64,000 bases of DNA from Oscillospiraceae bacterium (GCA_963603365.1 CAVCMI010000003.1:64402-128401); one strand, 5' to 3'. Shown: positions 19,536 to 29,287, counted from the stretch's first letter. Notes: generated by a model from the letters alone, not told the origin. A program made the numbers and translations.

Positions 19536-19543
19536 TATCTTTG
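19536..19543 (+). promoter_or_regulatory. -7 box TATCTTTG upstream of the 19668 gene (leader ~115 nt)
   Basis: The motif lies inside the track ORF 19503-20204. This argues the real start is the internal ATG at 19668. Confidence 0.45.
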
Positions 19544-19667
19544 CAGCCCTTTGAAAAACGGAGTCAGAGTTTCAGAATCCGCTGATGCCCAAGAATGCTT
19601 ATGCGGCGGCGTTTCATGGCTGAAAGAATGGCTTGGCGTTTTGTCAGAAGTCAAAAAAAGAACTGAT

Positions 19668-20204
19668 ATGGATAAAGACAATCTCTCGGCGGGCACGCGC
19701 ATTATGCATGAAAGATACGGTGAAGGTGTCATCAGCCGTAACAGCGCCTTGACCTACAAGGTGGTTTTTGTGCGTGGCGGCGAAATAGAATTCTCCAAGG
19801 CCAATGCCGAGTTTGAAGTTCTGGAATCCGCCGGAGAGGACGCAGCCGTGCCGAAACTCAATGTCAAGGAGTTTGAACAGATGCTGGAACAACTGCTCGA
19901 AAAGTACAACGGCATTGAGAATGAGGTGGCACTCGGCAGGAAATGGCAAGGTGGCAAAATCATTCTCCAGCCGGCAAACCCTGAATTGAAGCCCAAGGAG
20001 ATGCCCGTAGAGGTGTTTTTCCATAAAATTGTGATGATGCGCGACCGCCTGCGGGTGCTTGAACAGAACATCAACAGCCATGACACCCTGTCAGATGAGG
20101 AGAAGGTGAACCTGCAGCAGTATATCTCCAGAATATACGGCAGTATGACCTCCTTTAACGTGCTGTTTGAGGACAAAGAGGATTATTTCGTTGGTACGAA
20201 GTGA
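19668..20204 (+). CDS. hypothetical protein with N-terminal UvrD/PcrA-C-terminal (Tudor-like) type motif
   Basis: GTRIMHERYGEGVI resembles the G-x-R-V-x-H-x-x-F-G-x-G-x-V motif of the small beta domains at UvrD/PcrA C-termini. The remainder is helical. 178 aa from the internal ATG. Confidence 0.5.
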   Translation: MDKDNLSAGTRIMHERYGEGVISRNSALTYKVVFVRGGEIEFSKANAEFEVLESAGEDAAVPKLNVKEFEQMLEQLLEKYNGIENEVALGRKWQGGKIILQPANPELKPKEMPVEVFFHKIVMMRDRLRVLEQNINSHDTLSDEEKVNLQQYISRIYGSMTSFNVLFEDKEDYFVGTK

Positions 20205-20258
20205 TTTTCCCGGTAAATATGAGAAATATGGTATAGAACAACAAAAAAACAAAGAAAT

Positions 20259-21050
20259 ATGAGTGGTGGATTGTATTCAATGGATCAAAAGGATTTTGAT
20301 CGGACTTTAGATTTGTCACACGTCAAGCCTTACGGCGACACGATGAACGATGGCAAAACCCAGTTGAGTTTCACGCTTCCGGTGCCCTGCGGCGACGAAG
20401 CCGTGGAAGCAGCCAAGCAGTTGCTGAAAAAGATGGGATTCAACAACCCGCAAGTGGTCTATTACAAAGAACTTACAGACGGATTCACGTTTGTCAACTG
20501 TTATGGTTCATGTACCCATACGGTGGACTATACCACAATCCATGTCCCGAAGGTGGAGTCCACAGTATGGTCGATGACAGAAACAGACCAGTTTATCCGT
20601 GAGCACATCGGGCGCAAGATTGTAGTGGTGGGGGCAAGTACGGGCACGGATGCCCATACGGTTGGCATCGATGCCATTATGAATATGAAAGGCTATGCAG
20701 GGCATTACGGCATAGAGCGTTACGAGATGTTCGAGGCTCTGAATATGGGCAGCCAGATTCCCAATGAAGAGTTCATAGCCAAGGCAGTGGAAATGCATGC
20801 CGACGCGCTGCTTGTCTCCCAAACTGTTACGCAAAAGGATGTACATATCAAGAACATGACGGAATTGATTGAAATGCTTGAGGCCGAAGGCCTCAGAGAC
20901 AAGCTGATCGTATGCGCCGGCGGCCCTCGTATTACTCATGAACTGGCCAAGGAACTCGGCTTTGATGCCGGTTTCGGCATGAATACATACGCCGATGACG
21001 TGGCCTCCTATCTGGCACAGGAGATGGACAGAAGAATGCACCGAAAATAA
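20259..21050 (+). CDS. kamE: lysine 5,6-aminomutase beta subunit-like protein (B12- and PLP-binding, KamE family)
   Basis: Near-collinear with KamE as I remember it: MSGGLYSM..KPYGDTMNDGK.QLSFTLP.., base-off B12 motif GASTGTDAHTVG, PLP lysine context IDAIMNMKGYAGHYG, LLVSQTVTQK. 263 aa. Confidence 0.8.
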   Translation: MSGGLYSMDQKDFDRTLDLSHVKPYGDTMNDGKTQLSFTLPVPCGDEAVEAAKQLLKKMGFNNPQVVYYKELTDGFTFVNCYGSCTHTVDYTTIHVPKVESTVWSMTETDQFIREHIGRKIVVVGASTGTDAHTVGIDAIMNMKGYAGHYGIERYEMFEALNMGSQIPNEEFIAKAVEMHADALLVSQTVTQKDVHIKNMTELIEMLEAEGLRDKLIVCAGGPRITHELAKELGFDAGFGMNTYADDVASYLAQEMDRRMHRK

Positions 21051-21131
21051 AATAAGCATTACATCGGTTCCCGTTTTTTTGCCGCTGCCGTTGGGCTGCA
21101 GGCAAGCAATTCTCACCGAACGAGAAGATCT

Positions 21132-23030
21132 CTATAGGCTGAACATCACTTGACCGGTGATTTCAGCCTTGTTCTTTTCCCCCTGTGCTGAAGCACTGTC
21201 TATCAGCAGCGTATGCGAAACTCTGAAAGAGATGCTTAACCAACTGCGTGAATACCTGAATACCAGGTATTCACGCATGCCTTTGCCATAGTATGTGCCG
21301 AATGAAAACGCGCGATAGACGTTGTGCTCGTAGGCATAAAGCCTTTCTGCGAAACTGTCTGTGTCAAAATAGGCAAACCGCAACGTGACGGCAATGTCGG
21401 GTTTCGGCAGGTTTATAGCGATGTCTTGGTAAAAGAGCACCCCTTGGCTGCGGGTCCCTTCTGTGGCGTTGACGTTCATCAGCCACTCTATGACGGTCTT
21501 CGTTTTCAGATTCCGGTATGGCTCGCTGTTGCATTGGAAGTGCACTTTGTGACGGGCCCGGTTTTGGATTTCTCTGTAATAGGGATTGTTTTTGCCGTTC
21601 TCCGGTTTGCTTGTAAATGTGTATCTGCAAGCAATCTGACATTGCCGGACAGGATAATACAACAAGGTCCCGCCTAAATAGGCGGCCGAAACCGGCGCAT
21701 CAGTGCAATAACTCGGTTCAGAAAGCCTGAAATAGTCATAAAACAGTTCTGCCTCCACTTGACGCCCCAGGATATGATGGCCGGCTATGTAAAGCCCCGT
21801 TTCTCCGACGGAAGCCGAGGCCGCTTTGAAAGCGTTGCCTAAAGGCGTGTCATTGCCTTTGGCATAGTGCCGGAATACAACTGCGACTTTCGAGGATGAT
21901 GTCAGATGGAAGAGCGCATTCTGAATCAGGCATACCTTTTTACAGTCAGTCAAGGCAATTTCTCCATAGAGCACGTGGCGGCGTACAAGCAGGCTATGAT
22001 CAACAGAAATGTTCACTTTTTCAGGCCGCAACGATGACCGGACCCGTTCTTTCATCTGCAATGACGTGTCAGCGGTGCTGAATGTGATCCCACTCAAACC
22101 GACAGAGAAGATGGGCCTGCGCCACGAAAGATTGAAACCCGCACAGTTTTGTGTGCTGTTGTTCAGATGTCCGGCAAAAAGACTGCCATGAAGAGCAGTG
22201 CTTCCCATCGTTAGAGCACACCCCCGGACGAATGTGCTTTGGCTTGACGAAGCCGTCGCCTTGATGCCGCTATTGAAACGCCGGATATGGTCGATGGAAC
22301 CGCCTCTCCCCGAAAGGAACGATGAACTCGCCACAAGACCTTGCCCGAAATTCACCTTTAAGTCGCCAACTGCCAGCATTTTCATTATCCCGACGGCCCC
22401 AACACTTACGGACCCGGAGCAGAAACCTGCTTTTGCCCACGAGGTGTTGCTTCCCTCAGAGCGCAGGAATTTTAACGTAAGCCGGCTTTGCGTGCTGAAG
22501 GTGCCATAACAATACAGATTGTCGAGCGGATCTGTTGCGGTTGCGTCGGATTCTTGGCAAATCAGCGGCTGCCGGTAACGCAGCAGCAGTTGTGTGCTGC
22601 TTTTCCTGAAAAAATCCTTGAAAAAACGCAGACGCTGTTCTGCCGGCACTACAACCGCCATTCGCTCTATCCGCTTGAAGTCCTCTTCCGAAAAACCGTC
22701 AATGATAAGCAGTTCGTAAATGGTACATAACGGTCCGTACTTTTCGATGTAAAGCTGCAATTGGTAATACTGATAGTCGGTCAAGTGCAACAATCGAACT
22801 GCCGTTTCATATTCCAATGCATTGAGATTGATGCCGGATTGTCTGTTTTCTGTCATTCTGTCGGCCATCTCCTCTAACAGGTCGGTTTCAACAATGTCCG
22901 TATTGCCGAGTATGTTTTCCAGTTCGTCAGTATAAAGGTCAACTGCAAAGGTGCTGTCTGTCTGGCCTTGTGTTGCATAGAGTTGAAAAAGCAGGGCAAG
23001 CAGGGCTATGATGTGAGGTATAGTCTTCAT
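21132..23030 (-). CDS. helix-hairpin-helix domain protein fused to a predicted outer-membrane beta-barrel
   Basis: Start placed at MKTIPHIIALLALLFQLYA (signal peptide), 17 nt after the upstream gene. The N-terminal ~130 aa are helical HhH-like (..INLNALEYETAVRLLHLTDYQYYQL..IDGFSEEDFKRI..). The rest has alternating beta-strand patterns rich in G/S/Y. Confidence 0.55.
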   Translation of the reverse strand: MKTIPHIIALLALLFQLYATQGQTDSTFAVDLYTDELENILGNTDIVETDLLEEMADRMTENRQSGINLNALEYETAVRLLHLTDYQYYQLQLYIEKYGPLCTIYELLIIDGFSEEDFKRIERMAVVVPAEQRLRFFKDFFRKSSTQLLLRYRQPLICQESDATATDPLDNLYCYGTFSTQSRLTLKFLRSEGSNTSWAKAGFCSGSVSVGAVGIMKMLAVGDLKVNFGQGLVASSSFLSGRGGSIDHIRRFNSGIKATASSSQSTFVRGCALTMGSTALHGSLFAGHLNNSTQNCAGFNLSWRRPIFSVGLSGITFSTADTSLQMKERVRSSLRPEKVNISVDHSLLVRRHVLYGEIALTDCKKVCLIQNALFHLTSSSKVAVVFRHYAKGNDTPLGNAFKAASASVGETGLYIAGHHILGRQVEAELFYDYFRLSEPSYCTDAPVSAAYLGGTLLYYPVRQCQIACRYTFTSKPENGKNNPYYREIQNRARHKVHFQCNSEPYRNLKTKTVIEWLMNVNATEGTRSQGVLFYQDIAINLPKPDIAVTLRFAYFDTDSFAERLYAYEHNVYRAFSFGTYYGKGMREYLVFRYSRSWLSISFRVSHTLLIDSASAQGEKNKAEITGQVMFSL

Positions 23031-23046
23031 AGTTGTGCGTTTGGGG

Positions 23047-23820
23047 CTATGAGGAATAGTAGAGGAAGCCTTGCGGAGAGAAGCCCGTGTTGTAGTACCA
23101 GGCGGTGCCAAGACTGAAAACGAGTTTGCGCCACGGCACGTGCAGTTCGACGCGGCATTGCGCAAGGTCGCAGTACCCGTTCAGAAACAGATGCGGCGAG
23201 GCAAAATACGCAAGGCCAAGACGGATGTTGAATTGGCCGGGGACGGTTATGCTCGTTGACAAGGTGCCGGCAAGACGGGCGGTTGGCATATAGTGCAGTT
23301 GCACCGAAAAGGTCATGGGTATGAGTTCGTTGCCGATGATGCCGTAATGCATCCCGATGGGGTTGTATATCATGACGGCAAGACTTGTTGAATTTGAAAT
23401 CTGCCAATAGGAAGAGAGGTCAATGGTTACAGAATGCCGACTTTCGTAATGTGTGGCATGTTGCAGCAGATAGAAAAACCGCATTGCAACGGAGAACCTC
23501 TGGCCGAACAGTCGTCCGTAACCTGCTCCGGCTGAAAATGTGCCGAAGTGCTTGTATCCGTAATGGCTTGCCGAGACAAGCAGACAGTTGCGGTTTCTAT
23601 GCCAGGAGAAATCGAGACTGTTGAACATCAACTCCTTTGTTCCGAAGTCGTTGCGAACGGTCAGTCCGATAATGGTTTTCGGCGTTGCGGTTTGCGCGGC
23701 GGCAAAATCGCGGAAAAGGTGTGTTTTGGAGAAATCGTAAACGGTCGTCTGGCTTTTGCATTCCGTTGTGGCACAGAGCATAAGCAAGAGACACGCAAGA
23801 AAGGCACATATTGTTTTCAT
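23047..23820 (-). CDS. hypothetical small outer-membrane beta-barrel protein
   Basis: Signal peptide MKTICAFLACLLLMLCA. Alternating hydrophobic beta pattern with an aromatic-rich C-terminus. Apparently co-transcribed with the HhH-barrel gene. Confidence 0.5.
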   Translation of the reverse strand: MKTICAFLACLLLMLCATTECKSQTTVYDFSKTHLFRDFAAAQTATPKTIIGLTVRNDFGTKELMFNSLDFSWHRNRNCLLVSASHYGYKHFGTFSAGAGYGRLFGQRFSVAMRFFYLLQHATHYESRHSVTIDLSSYWQISNSTSLAVMIYNPIGMHYGIIGNELIPMTFSVQLHYMPTARLAGTLSTSITVPGQFNIRLGLAYFASPHLFLNGYCDLAQCRVELHVPWRKLVFSLGTAWYYNTGFSPQGFLYYSS

Positions 23821-23891
23821 CTGCGGTTTGTTTTTTCATGGTAGAATGGATAACGAGAACGTAGTATGTTTTAGTATGATTCAGCATGGAT

Positions 23892-23928
23892 AAAAAAACG
23901 GTTGCCGCATTTGCGGCAACCGTTTTTT
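23892..23928. terminator. bidirectional intrinsic terminator after atpG
   Basis: A7-cggttgccgca-tt-tgcggcaaccg-T6. A perfect 11-bp stem flanked by A and T runs. Confidence 0.8.
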
Positions 23929-23955
23929 GGGGCAGGCAATGCAGAACTGCCGTTG

Positions 23956-24837
23956 TCACCCTTTGAGAGCTTCCGCTCCGCTCACGATTTCGATAAGTTC
24001 ATTCGTGATGGACGACTGGCGGGCATTGTTGTATTTCAGACGCAGGTCGTGAAGGATTTCCGTGGCATTGTCGGATGCTTTGGTCATAGAAATCATACGG
24101 GCGCCATGCTCTGAAGCTACAGAATCGCAGAGCGCCTTGTAGAGTTGCGTCTTCAGAATTTTTGGAATCAGCTCTGTAAGCAAGACGATGGGTGACGGTT
24201 CTATGATGTAGTCCAAAGATTTTCCTGCTGTCTCTTCGCCCGTTTCAGGGTTTTCGACAGGGAGAAAATCCTCGACAGTAATACGTTGGGTGGCGGCATT
24301 GAGGAATTGGTTATAGACGATGTCGACTTTGTCAATGTCGTGTTCGAAGAATCCCTTGATGAGGAAGTCGCCGATATTGGAGACCTCGGTGAAGTCAGGG
24401 TTGTCGAGGAGTGATTCGTGGTATTGGATTACCGGGAATCGCTTGCCGAGTTGTTCGTTCCCTTTCTTTCCGATACAGACAAGGCGGACATTCCCGTTCT
24501 TGTGTTGCTCGGCATAACGTTCTTCGACCAGTCGGGTCACCGTTTTCACGATGTTGGCGTTGAAAGCGCCACACAGTCCTTTGTTGGAGGTGATGACCAG
24601 AATGACGATTCTCTCGTGAGGTCTTTTCTCGAACAGCGGGGTGTCTTTCAGCGTTTCAGCCGCCCCTGCCAAGTCATGCATGAGTTCGTTCATCTTTTCG
24701 GCGTAGGGGCGCAGGAACTGGATCGAAGTCTGTGCGCGTCTCAGTTTAGCCGCCGACACCAGTTTCATAGAACTTGTGATCTTCTGTGTTGATTCTATAG
24801 AACTAATGCGAGTGCGTATTTCTTTAAGGTTACCCAT
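23956..24837 (-). CDS. atpG: F0F1 ATP synthase subunit gamma
   Basis: MGNLKEIRTRISSIESTQKITSSMKLVSAAKLRRAQ and C-terminal ITNELIEIVSGAEAL are canonical gamma-subunit ends. Confidence 0.93.
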   Translation of the reverse strand: MGNLKEIRTRISSIESTQKITSSMKLVSAAKLRRAQTSIQFLRPYAEKMNELMHDLAGAAETLKDTPLFEKRPHERIVILVITSNKGLCGAFNANIVKTVTRLVEERYAEQHKNGNVRLVCIGKKGNEQLGKRFPVIQYHESLLDNPDFTEVSNIGDFLIKGFFEHDIDKVDIVYNQFLNAATQRITVEDFLPVENPETGEETAGKSLDYIIEPSPIVLLTELIPKILKTQLYKALCDSVASEHGARMISMTKASDNATEILHDLRLKYNNARQSSITNELIEIVSGAEALKG

Positions 24838-24839
24838 AT

Positions 24840-26435
24840 CTATTTTTCAAATTGTTTGGCCACTTCCTTGCAGGCTTCCTCCAATTTCGCGGTGATGGAG
24901 TCGTCAATCTTTCCGGCCTTGAGCGTGTCGAGCACGTCTTGGCAATGAGTATGCATGTGATGGATGAAAGACGTCTCGAAATTGCGGATGTCGCCAAGAG
25001 CGATTTTCTGGAGCAGTCCTTTGGAACCGCAGAAGATGACGGCAATCTGTTCTTCCACCTTGTAAGGTGTATATTGCGGCTGTTTCAGGAGTTCCACGTT
25101 GCGTGCGCCTTTGTCCAGCACGAAGCGGGTGGCGGCATCCACGTCGGAGCCGAATTTGGCGAATGACTCCATCTCGCGGTACTGGGCCTGGTCGAGCTTC
25201 AGCGTGCCAGCCACTTTCTTCATCGACTTGATTTGGGCGTTTCCGCCGACACGGGACACGGAGATGCCCACGTTGATGGCGGGACGGATGCCGGCATTGA
25301 ACAGGGAGGTCTCCAGGAATATCTGCCCGTCGGTGATGGAGATCACGTTGGTAGGGATATAAGCGGACACGTCGCCGGCTTGGGTCTCGATAATCGGAAG
25401 AGCCGTGAGCGAACCGCCGCCTTTGACTAAAGGCTTCAGCACTTCGGGGAGGTCGTTCATGTTCGCTGCGATTTCGTCAGAGTCGATGATCTTGGCGGCT
25501 CTTTCCAACAGCCTGGAGTGGAGGTAGAACACATCTCCGGGGTATGCTTCACGTCCGGGCGGGCGGCGGAGCAGCAGCGAGACTTCACGGTAGGCCACGG
25601 CCTGTTTGGAGAGGTCATCGTAGATGATGAGCGCACTGCGTCCGGTGTCGCGGAAATACTCGCCGATAGCGGCGCCGGCGAAAGGAGCGTAGAACTGCAT
25701 AGCGGCGGCATCCGAGGCGGTAGCGGTCACGACTGTCGTGTATGGCATGGCGCCTCTTTCCGTCAAGGTCTTCACCAGTGCGGCCACGGAAGAACCTTTC
25801 TGTCCGACGGCAACGTAGATGCAATAAACAGGTTCGCCCTTCTCGTAGAACTCTTTCTGGTTGATGATGGTGTCGATGGCAATGGCTGTTTTGCCGGTCT
25901 GGCGGTCGCCGATGATCAGTTCGCGTTGGCCACGCCCGATCGGGATCATGGCGTCCACAGCCTTGATACCCGTCTGCAGGGGCTCTTTGACCGGCTGTCT
26001 GAAGATGACGCCCGGAGCCTTGCGCTCGATGGGCATTTCGTACAGAGTGCCCTCGATGGGGCCTTTCCCGTCAATGGGCTCGCCGAGCGTGTTGATGACA
26101 CGCCCTAACAGCCCCTCGCCGACACGGATGGAGGCGATGCGCCCCGTCCTTTTGCAAAGGTCGCCCTCGTTCAGGCTCTTGGAGTCGCCAAGCAGCACAA
26201 CTCCAACGTTGTCTTCCTCCAGGTTGAGGGCAATGCCGGTGACAGAATTGCTGCCGGATTGCGTCTCAAAGGTGACCAGTTCGCCGGAACGGACATTCTG
26301 CAGTCCGTATACGCGGGCGATGCCGTCGCCGACCAGCAGAACAGTGCCGGTTTCATCCATTTCGGTCTTGAGGTCAAAACGCTGCAACTGTTCGCGCAGG
26401 ATGGAGGTTACTTCTGATGGTTTTATTTCTGACAT
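24840..26435 (-). CDS. atpA: F0F1 ATP synthase subunit alpha
   Basis: Walker [10 protein letters not shown]. Highly conserved alpha-subunit blocks throughout. 531 aa. Confidence 0.97.
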   Translation of the reverse strand: MSEIKPSEVTSILREQLQRFDLKTEMDETGTVLLVGDGIARVYGLQNVRSGELVTFETQSGSNSVTGIALNLEEDNVGVVLLGDSKSLNEGDLCKRTGRIASIRVGEGLLGRVINTLGEPIDGKGPIEGTLYEMPIERKAPGVIFRQPVKEPLQTGIKAVDAMIPIGRGQRELIIGDRQTGKTAIAIDTIINQKEFYEKGEPVYCIYVAVGQKGSSVAALVKTLTERGAMPYTTVVTATASDAAAMQFYAPFAGAAIGEYFRDTGRSALIIYDDLSKQAVAYREVSLLLRRPPGREAYPGDVFYLHSRLLERAAKIIDSDEIAANMNDLPEVLKPLVKGGGSLTALPIIETQAGDVSAYIPTNVISITDGQIFLETSLFNAGIRPAINVGISVSRVGGNAQIKSMKKVAGTLKLDQAQYREMESFAKFGSDVDAATRFVLDKGARNVELLKQPQYTPYKVEEQIAVIFCGSKGLLQKIALGDIRNFETSFIHHMHTHCQDVLDTLKAGKIDDSITAKLEEACKEVAKQFEK

Positions 26436-26481
26436 ATTATTCTATAAGTATTGATTTAGAATGTGGTTGATTCAATTGACA

Positions 26482-27039
26482 TTAAAAGTTCACTTGATAC
26501 ATGTTGTGAGAAAAGTCCTGACGCAGCCGGTTGATTTTTGAAATCACGCTGGCATCCAGGTAATTGTCGCCCATCTTGATGCGGAAGCCGCCTATGATTC
26601 CCGGACGTATAACCTCTTGTATTTTGATGTCGTAGCCGGTTTTGGAGGCAAGGATTCCGCGGATCTGCTCCACCAGAGACTTGTTAAGCGGAACCGCCGA
26701 AACCAAGGTGGCCTCTTTGATGTGATGGTGCTCGTTGTAAAAGCCGGTGAACTCGTCGCAGATGTCCGCCAAGGCGGGCTCACGTTTCTTCTTGATGATG
26801 ATGTCGAGGAAGATGAACGTGGTGCTGCTGATGCGGTCGCGGAAGATGTTCGAGAATATGACGTGTTTCGTGCCGGGCGCAATGACAGGGCTGTTGAGGA
26901 AAACATGCAGTTCAGCACTGTCTTTCAAGGATTTCCGGATAAGGGAAAGGTCTTTGCTGACAGCTTCGATTTCCCCTTTCTCGGCGGCGAAGTCGAAGAG
27001 GGCTTTCGCATATCGGTTTGATAATTTCGGGTTTTTCAT
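26482..27039 (-). CDS. atpH: F0F1 ATP synthase subunit delta (OSCP)
   Basis: 185 aa. N-terminus ..SNRYAKALFDFA.. is typical of delta/OSCP. Position is directly upstream of atpA. Confidence 0.85.
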   Translation of the reverse strand: MKNPKLSNRYAKALFDFAAEKGEIEAVSKDLSLIRKSLKDSAELHVFLNSPVIAPGTKHVIFSNIFRDRISSTTFIFLDIIIKKKREPALADICDEFTGFYNEHHHIKEATLVSAVPLNKSLVEQIRGILASKTGYDIKIQEVIRPGIIGGFRIKMGDNYLDASVISKINRLRQDFSHNMYQVNF

Positions 27040-27064
27040 GAAGCGCTTTTGAGTATTAAGGCGG

Positions 27065-27072
27065 CAAAAGTA
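27065..27072 (-). promoter_or_regulatory. -7 box TACTTTTG directly upstream of atpH
   Basis: The plus strand reads caaaagta, followed by an A9 run, 26 nt upstream of the atpH ATG. Confidence 0.5.
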
Positions 27073-27147
27073 AAAAAAAAGTCATACGCTCGGCATTTCA
27101 AGGCAAACGTTTTTTGAGCGGTTGCCGGAAGGAGCGGCGAACGGATG

Positions 27148-27702
27148 TCAGAACTTCCGGCTGCCCGGTTTCACGAAAGGAAGGCCTTGCTTGCACAAGG
27201 GACATTCGCCGGCTTCCCAACTTTGGATGTCGAGTTTCGTGGCGCTGTAGACAGGGTAGGGGAAGTCGCCCGAACTGCGGTTCACGATGCAGGCAATGCC
27301 GATGACTTCAGCCCCGAAGGACTTCAGTACTTCAATGGTCTCCAGCGACGACTTGCCTGTGGTGACCACATCCTCGGAGACGAGCAGCTTCTGTCCGGGC
27401 TTCACTTCGAACCCCCGGCGAAGCGTCATTTTGTTGTCCACCCTTTCGGTGAAAATGGCAGGGACCCCGAGCTGCCGCCCCAATTCGTATGCCACGATGA
27501 TGCCGCCCATGGCAGGCCCGACTGCCATGTCAACGGGCAGTTCCCGCACCTGTTCAGCAATGACGGAAATGACTTTCCGGGCACGTTCAGGATATTGCAA
27601 AAGTTTGGCACACTGACAATAACGGTCGCTGTGCCGTCCGGAAGACAAAAGAAAATGACCTTCCAGCAAAGCTTCGGATTGTTTGAGTTCTTCGATGACC
27701 AT
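27148..27702 (-). CDS. pyrE: orotate phosphoribosyltransferase
   Basis: Start at [29 protein letters not shown]-binding motif [13 protein letters not shown]. Confidence 0.9.
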   Translation of the reverse strand: MVIEELKQSEALLEGHFLLSSGRHSDRYCQCAKLLQYPERARKVISVIAEQVRELPVDMAVGPAMGGIIVAYELGRQLGVPAIFTERVDNKMTLRRGFEVKPGQKLLVSEDVVTTGKSSLETIEVLKSFGAEVIGIACIVNRSSGDFPYPVYSATKLDIQSWEAGECPLCKQGLPFVKPGSRKF

Positions 27703-27724
27703 AATGAATTTTACTAAATGGTGG

Positions 27725-27732
27725 CAAAGATA
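27725..27732 (-). promoter_or_regulatory. -7 box TATCTTTG for pyrE
   Basis: The plus strand reads caaagata, 23 nt upstream of ATG 27702. Confidence 0.5.
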
Positions 27733-27743
27733 GAAAAAAACAT

Positions 27744-27751
27744 TATCTTTG
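27744..27751 (+). promoter_or_regulatory. -7 box TATCTTTG for dnaN
   Basis: 27 nt upstream of ATG 27778. Divergent, back-to-back with the pyrE box. Confidence 0.5.
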
Positions 27752-27777
27752 CAACTCAAATTTATAAAGAAAACAGT

Positions 27778-28908
27778 ATGAAATTTATCGTATCACGAGA
27801 TGTCCTATACAGAAACCTCAGCGCTGTGAGCGGCGTGATGAGCAGCAACAGTTCTATGGCAATACTTGACAATGTGCTGATGACCATTGAGGGAAGCAAA
27901 CTGAAGCTTACCGCCTCCGATACAGAATCCACCATGCAGGCCGTGATTGACCTGACCGACGTGGAGGGAGAAGGTTCTGTGGCCGTGCCGGCAAAACTGT
28001 TGACAGAAACACTGAAACTCATTCCCGAAACCCCCATCAACTTTTTCATCAACGAGGAGGCCAAGACCGTCAATTTCAAGGCTGCAAACGGCGACTATGA
28101 CGCTCCTTGCTACGACGGGAACGAGTACCCGCAGATAGGCGAAATCGCTGACGCCTCTTCTTTCGACATCGACTCTTCGGTGCTGCAGCGTGCCATCAGC
28201 AAAACCCTGTTCGCTACAGGCACCGATGAGCTTCGCCCGAACATGATGGGAGTCTTCTGCGAACTGAACGAGGAAGGGGTCACTTTTGTGGCCACGGATG
28301 CCCACAAGCTGGTCAGATACCGCAACGACCAGGTCACTTTGCCGGAGCCGGCCTCTTTCATATTGCCGAAAAAACCGATTTCACACCTGAAAAATATCCT
28401 TTCATCGGTCAACGAAAACGTGCATGTGGAGTTCTCAAAGGAAAACAACCACATCAGCTTCTCGTTCGGCAATTTTGTCCTCTATTCTATTCTGAAGGAG
28501 GGGAAATATCCTAAATATGAGCAGGTGATCCCTGTGGACAATCCGAAGTCGCTCGTGATAGACCGCGACGAGTTCCTGAAGTCCATAAAGCGTGTCGGCA
28601 TCTATTCAAACCAGTCCACTTTCCAGATAAGGGTTTCATTGTCAGAAAACGGCACCACAATCACGGCCGAGGACATAGATTTCTCAAACAAGGCCATTGA
28701 GAATGTGACAGGCGAATATACCGGCGAGGCCATGGAAATCGGGTTCAACTCACGTTTTCTCCGTGAAATGCTGGAGAACCTGGACTCTCAACAGATCAGG
28801 CTCGAGATGTCTGAACCAAGCCGTGCCGCCTTGCTGCTGCCTGTCGAGGAGTTCGACGAACACGAGCAACTGCTGATGCTTATCATGCCGGTCATGCTCA
28901 ACTATTGA
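27778..28908 (+). CDS. dnaN: DNA polymerase III subunit beta (sliding clamp)
   Basis: [35 protein letters not shown].. is a typical clamp N-terminus. 376 aa, three-domain length. Confidence 0.92.
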   Translation: MKFIVSRDVLYRNLSAVSGVMSSNSSMAILDNVLMTIEGSKLKLTASDTESTMQAVIDLTDVEGEGSVAVPAKLLTETLKLIPETPINFFINEEAKTVNFKAANGDYDAPCYDGNEYPQIGEIADASSFDIDSSVLQRAISKTLFATGTDELRPNMMGVFCELNEEGVTFVATDAHKLVRYRNDQVTLPEPASFILPKKPISHLKNILSSVNENVHVEFSKENNHISFSFGNFVLYSILKEGKYPKYEQVIPVDNPKSLVIDRDEFLKSIKRVGIYSNQSTFQIRVSLSENGTTITAEDIDFSNKAIENVTGEYTGEAMEIGFNSRFLREMLENLDSQQIRLEMSEPSRAALLLPVEEFDEHEQLLMLIMPVMLNY

Positions 28909-28950
28909 CAGACACAGACGTGCCGGCAGCGCCGCCGCACACATTGAAAC

Positions 28951-29287
28951 AAGGAAAACCGGGTTGCCGCTTCCGGCCAACAGCGCGGGAGAGGAAAGTC
29001 CGGGCAACATAGAGCACCATACTTCCTAACAGGAAGGCATCGCAAGATGACAGAAAGTGCCACAGAAAATATACCGCCTGAAAAGGTAAGGGTGAAATCG
29101 CGAGGCAAGAGCTCACGTCGCCGTCAGCGATGCCGGCGGAGGTAAACCTTATGGGTTGAAAGACCAAATAAACCGAGGCTTGAGGGCTGCTCGTCCGACT
29201 CGGAGGGTAGGTTGATGGAGGCGCGCGGCAACGCACGTCCAAGATAAATGGCAATCCTTGACAGAACCCGGCTTACAGGTTTTCCTT
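28951..29287 (+). ncRNA. rnpB: RNase P RNA, bacterial type A
   Basis: Universal blocks GAGGAAAGTCCGGGC (P4 5' strand), ACAGAAAGTGCCACAGAAA, GGTAAGGGTGAAA, AGATAAATGG and ACAGAACCCGGCTTA (P4 3' strand). P1 pairs ggaaaacc with ggttttcc. About 337 nt. Confidence 0.9.

Noticed and set aside
19551-19667. Possible cobalamin riboswitch in the leader upstream of the operon that contains the B12-binding KamE-like gene. The segment cagaatccgctgatgcc loosely recalls the ..AATCCGCTG.. core.
   Set aside because: The leader is only ~115 nt. I find no B12 box (GCCACTG-type), and I could find only a 5-bp pairing (ccaag/cttgg). The resemblance is too weak to call. cmscan with Rfam RF00174 would settle it.
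27778-28908. dnaN without an adjacent dnaA, considered as a possible sign of rearrangement near the replication origin.
   Set aside because: In Bacteroidota dnaA and dnaN are commonly unlinked, to my knowledge. I noticed no DnaA-box cluster in the flanking spacers.
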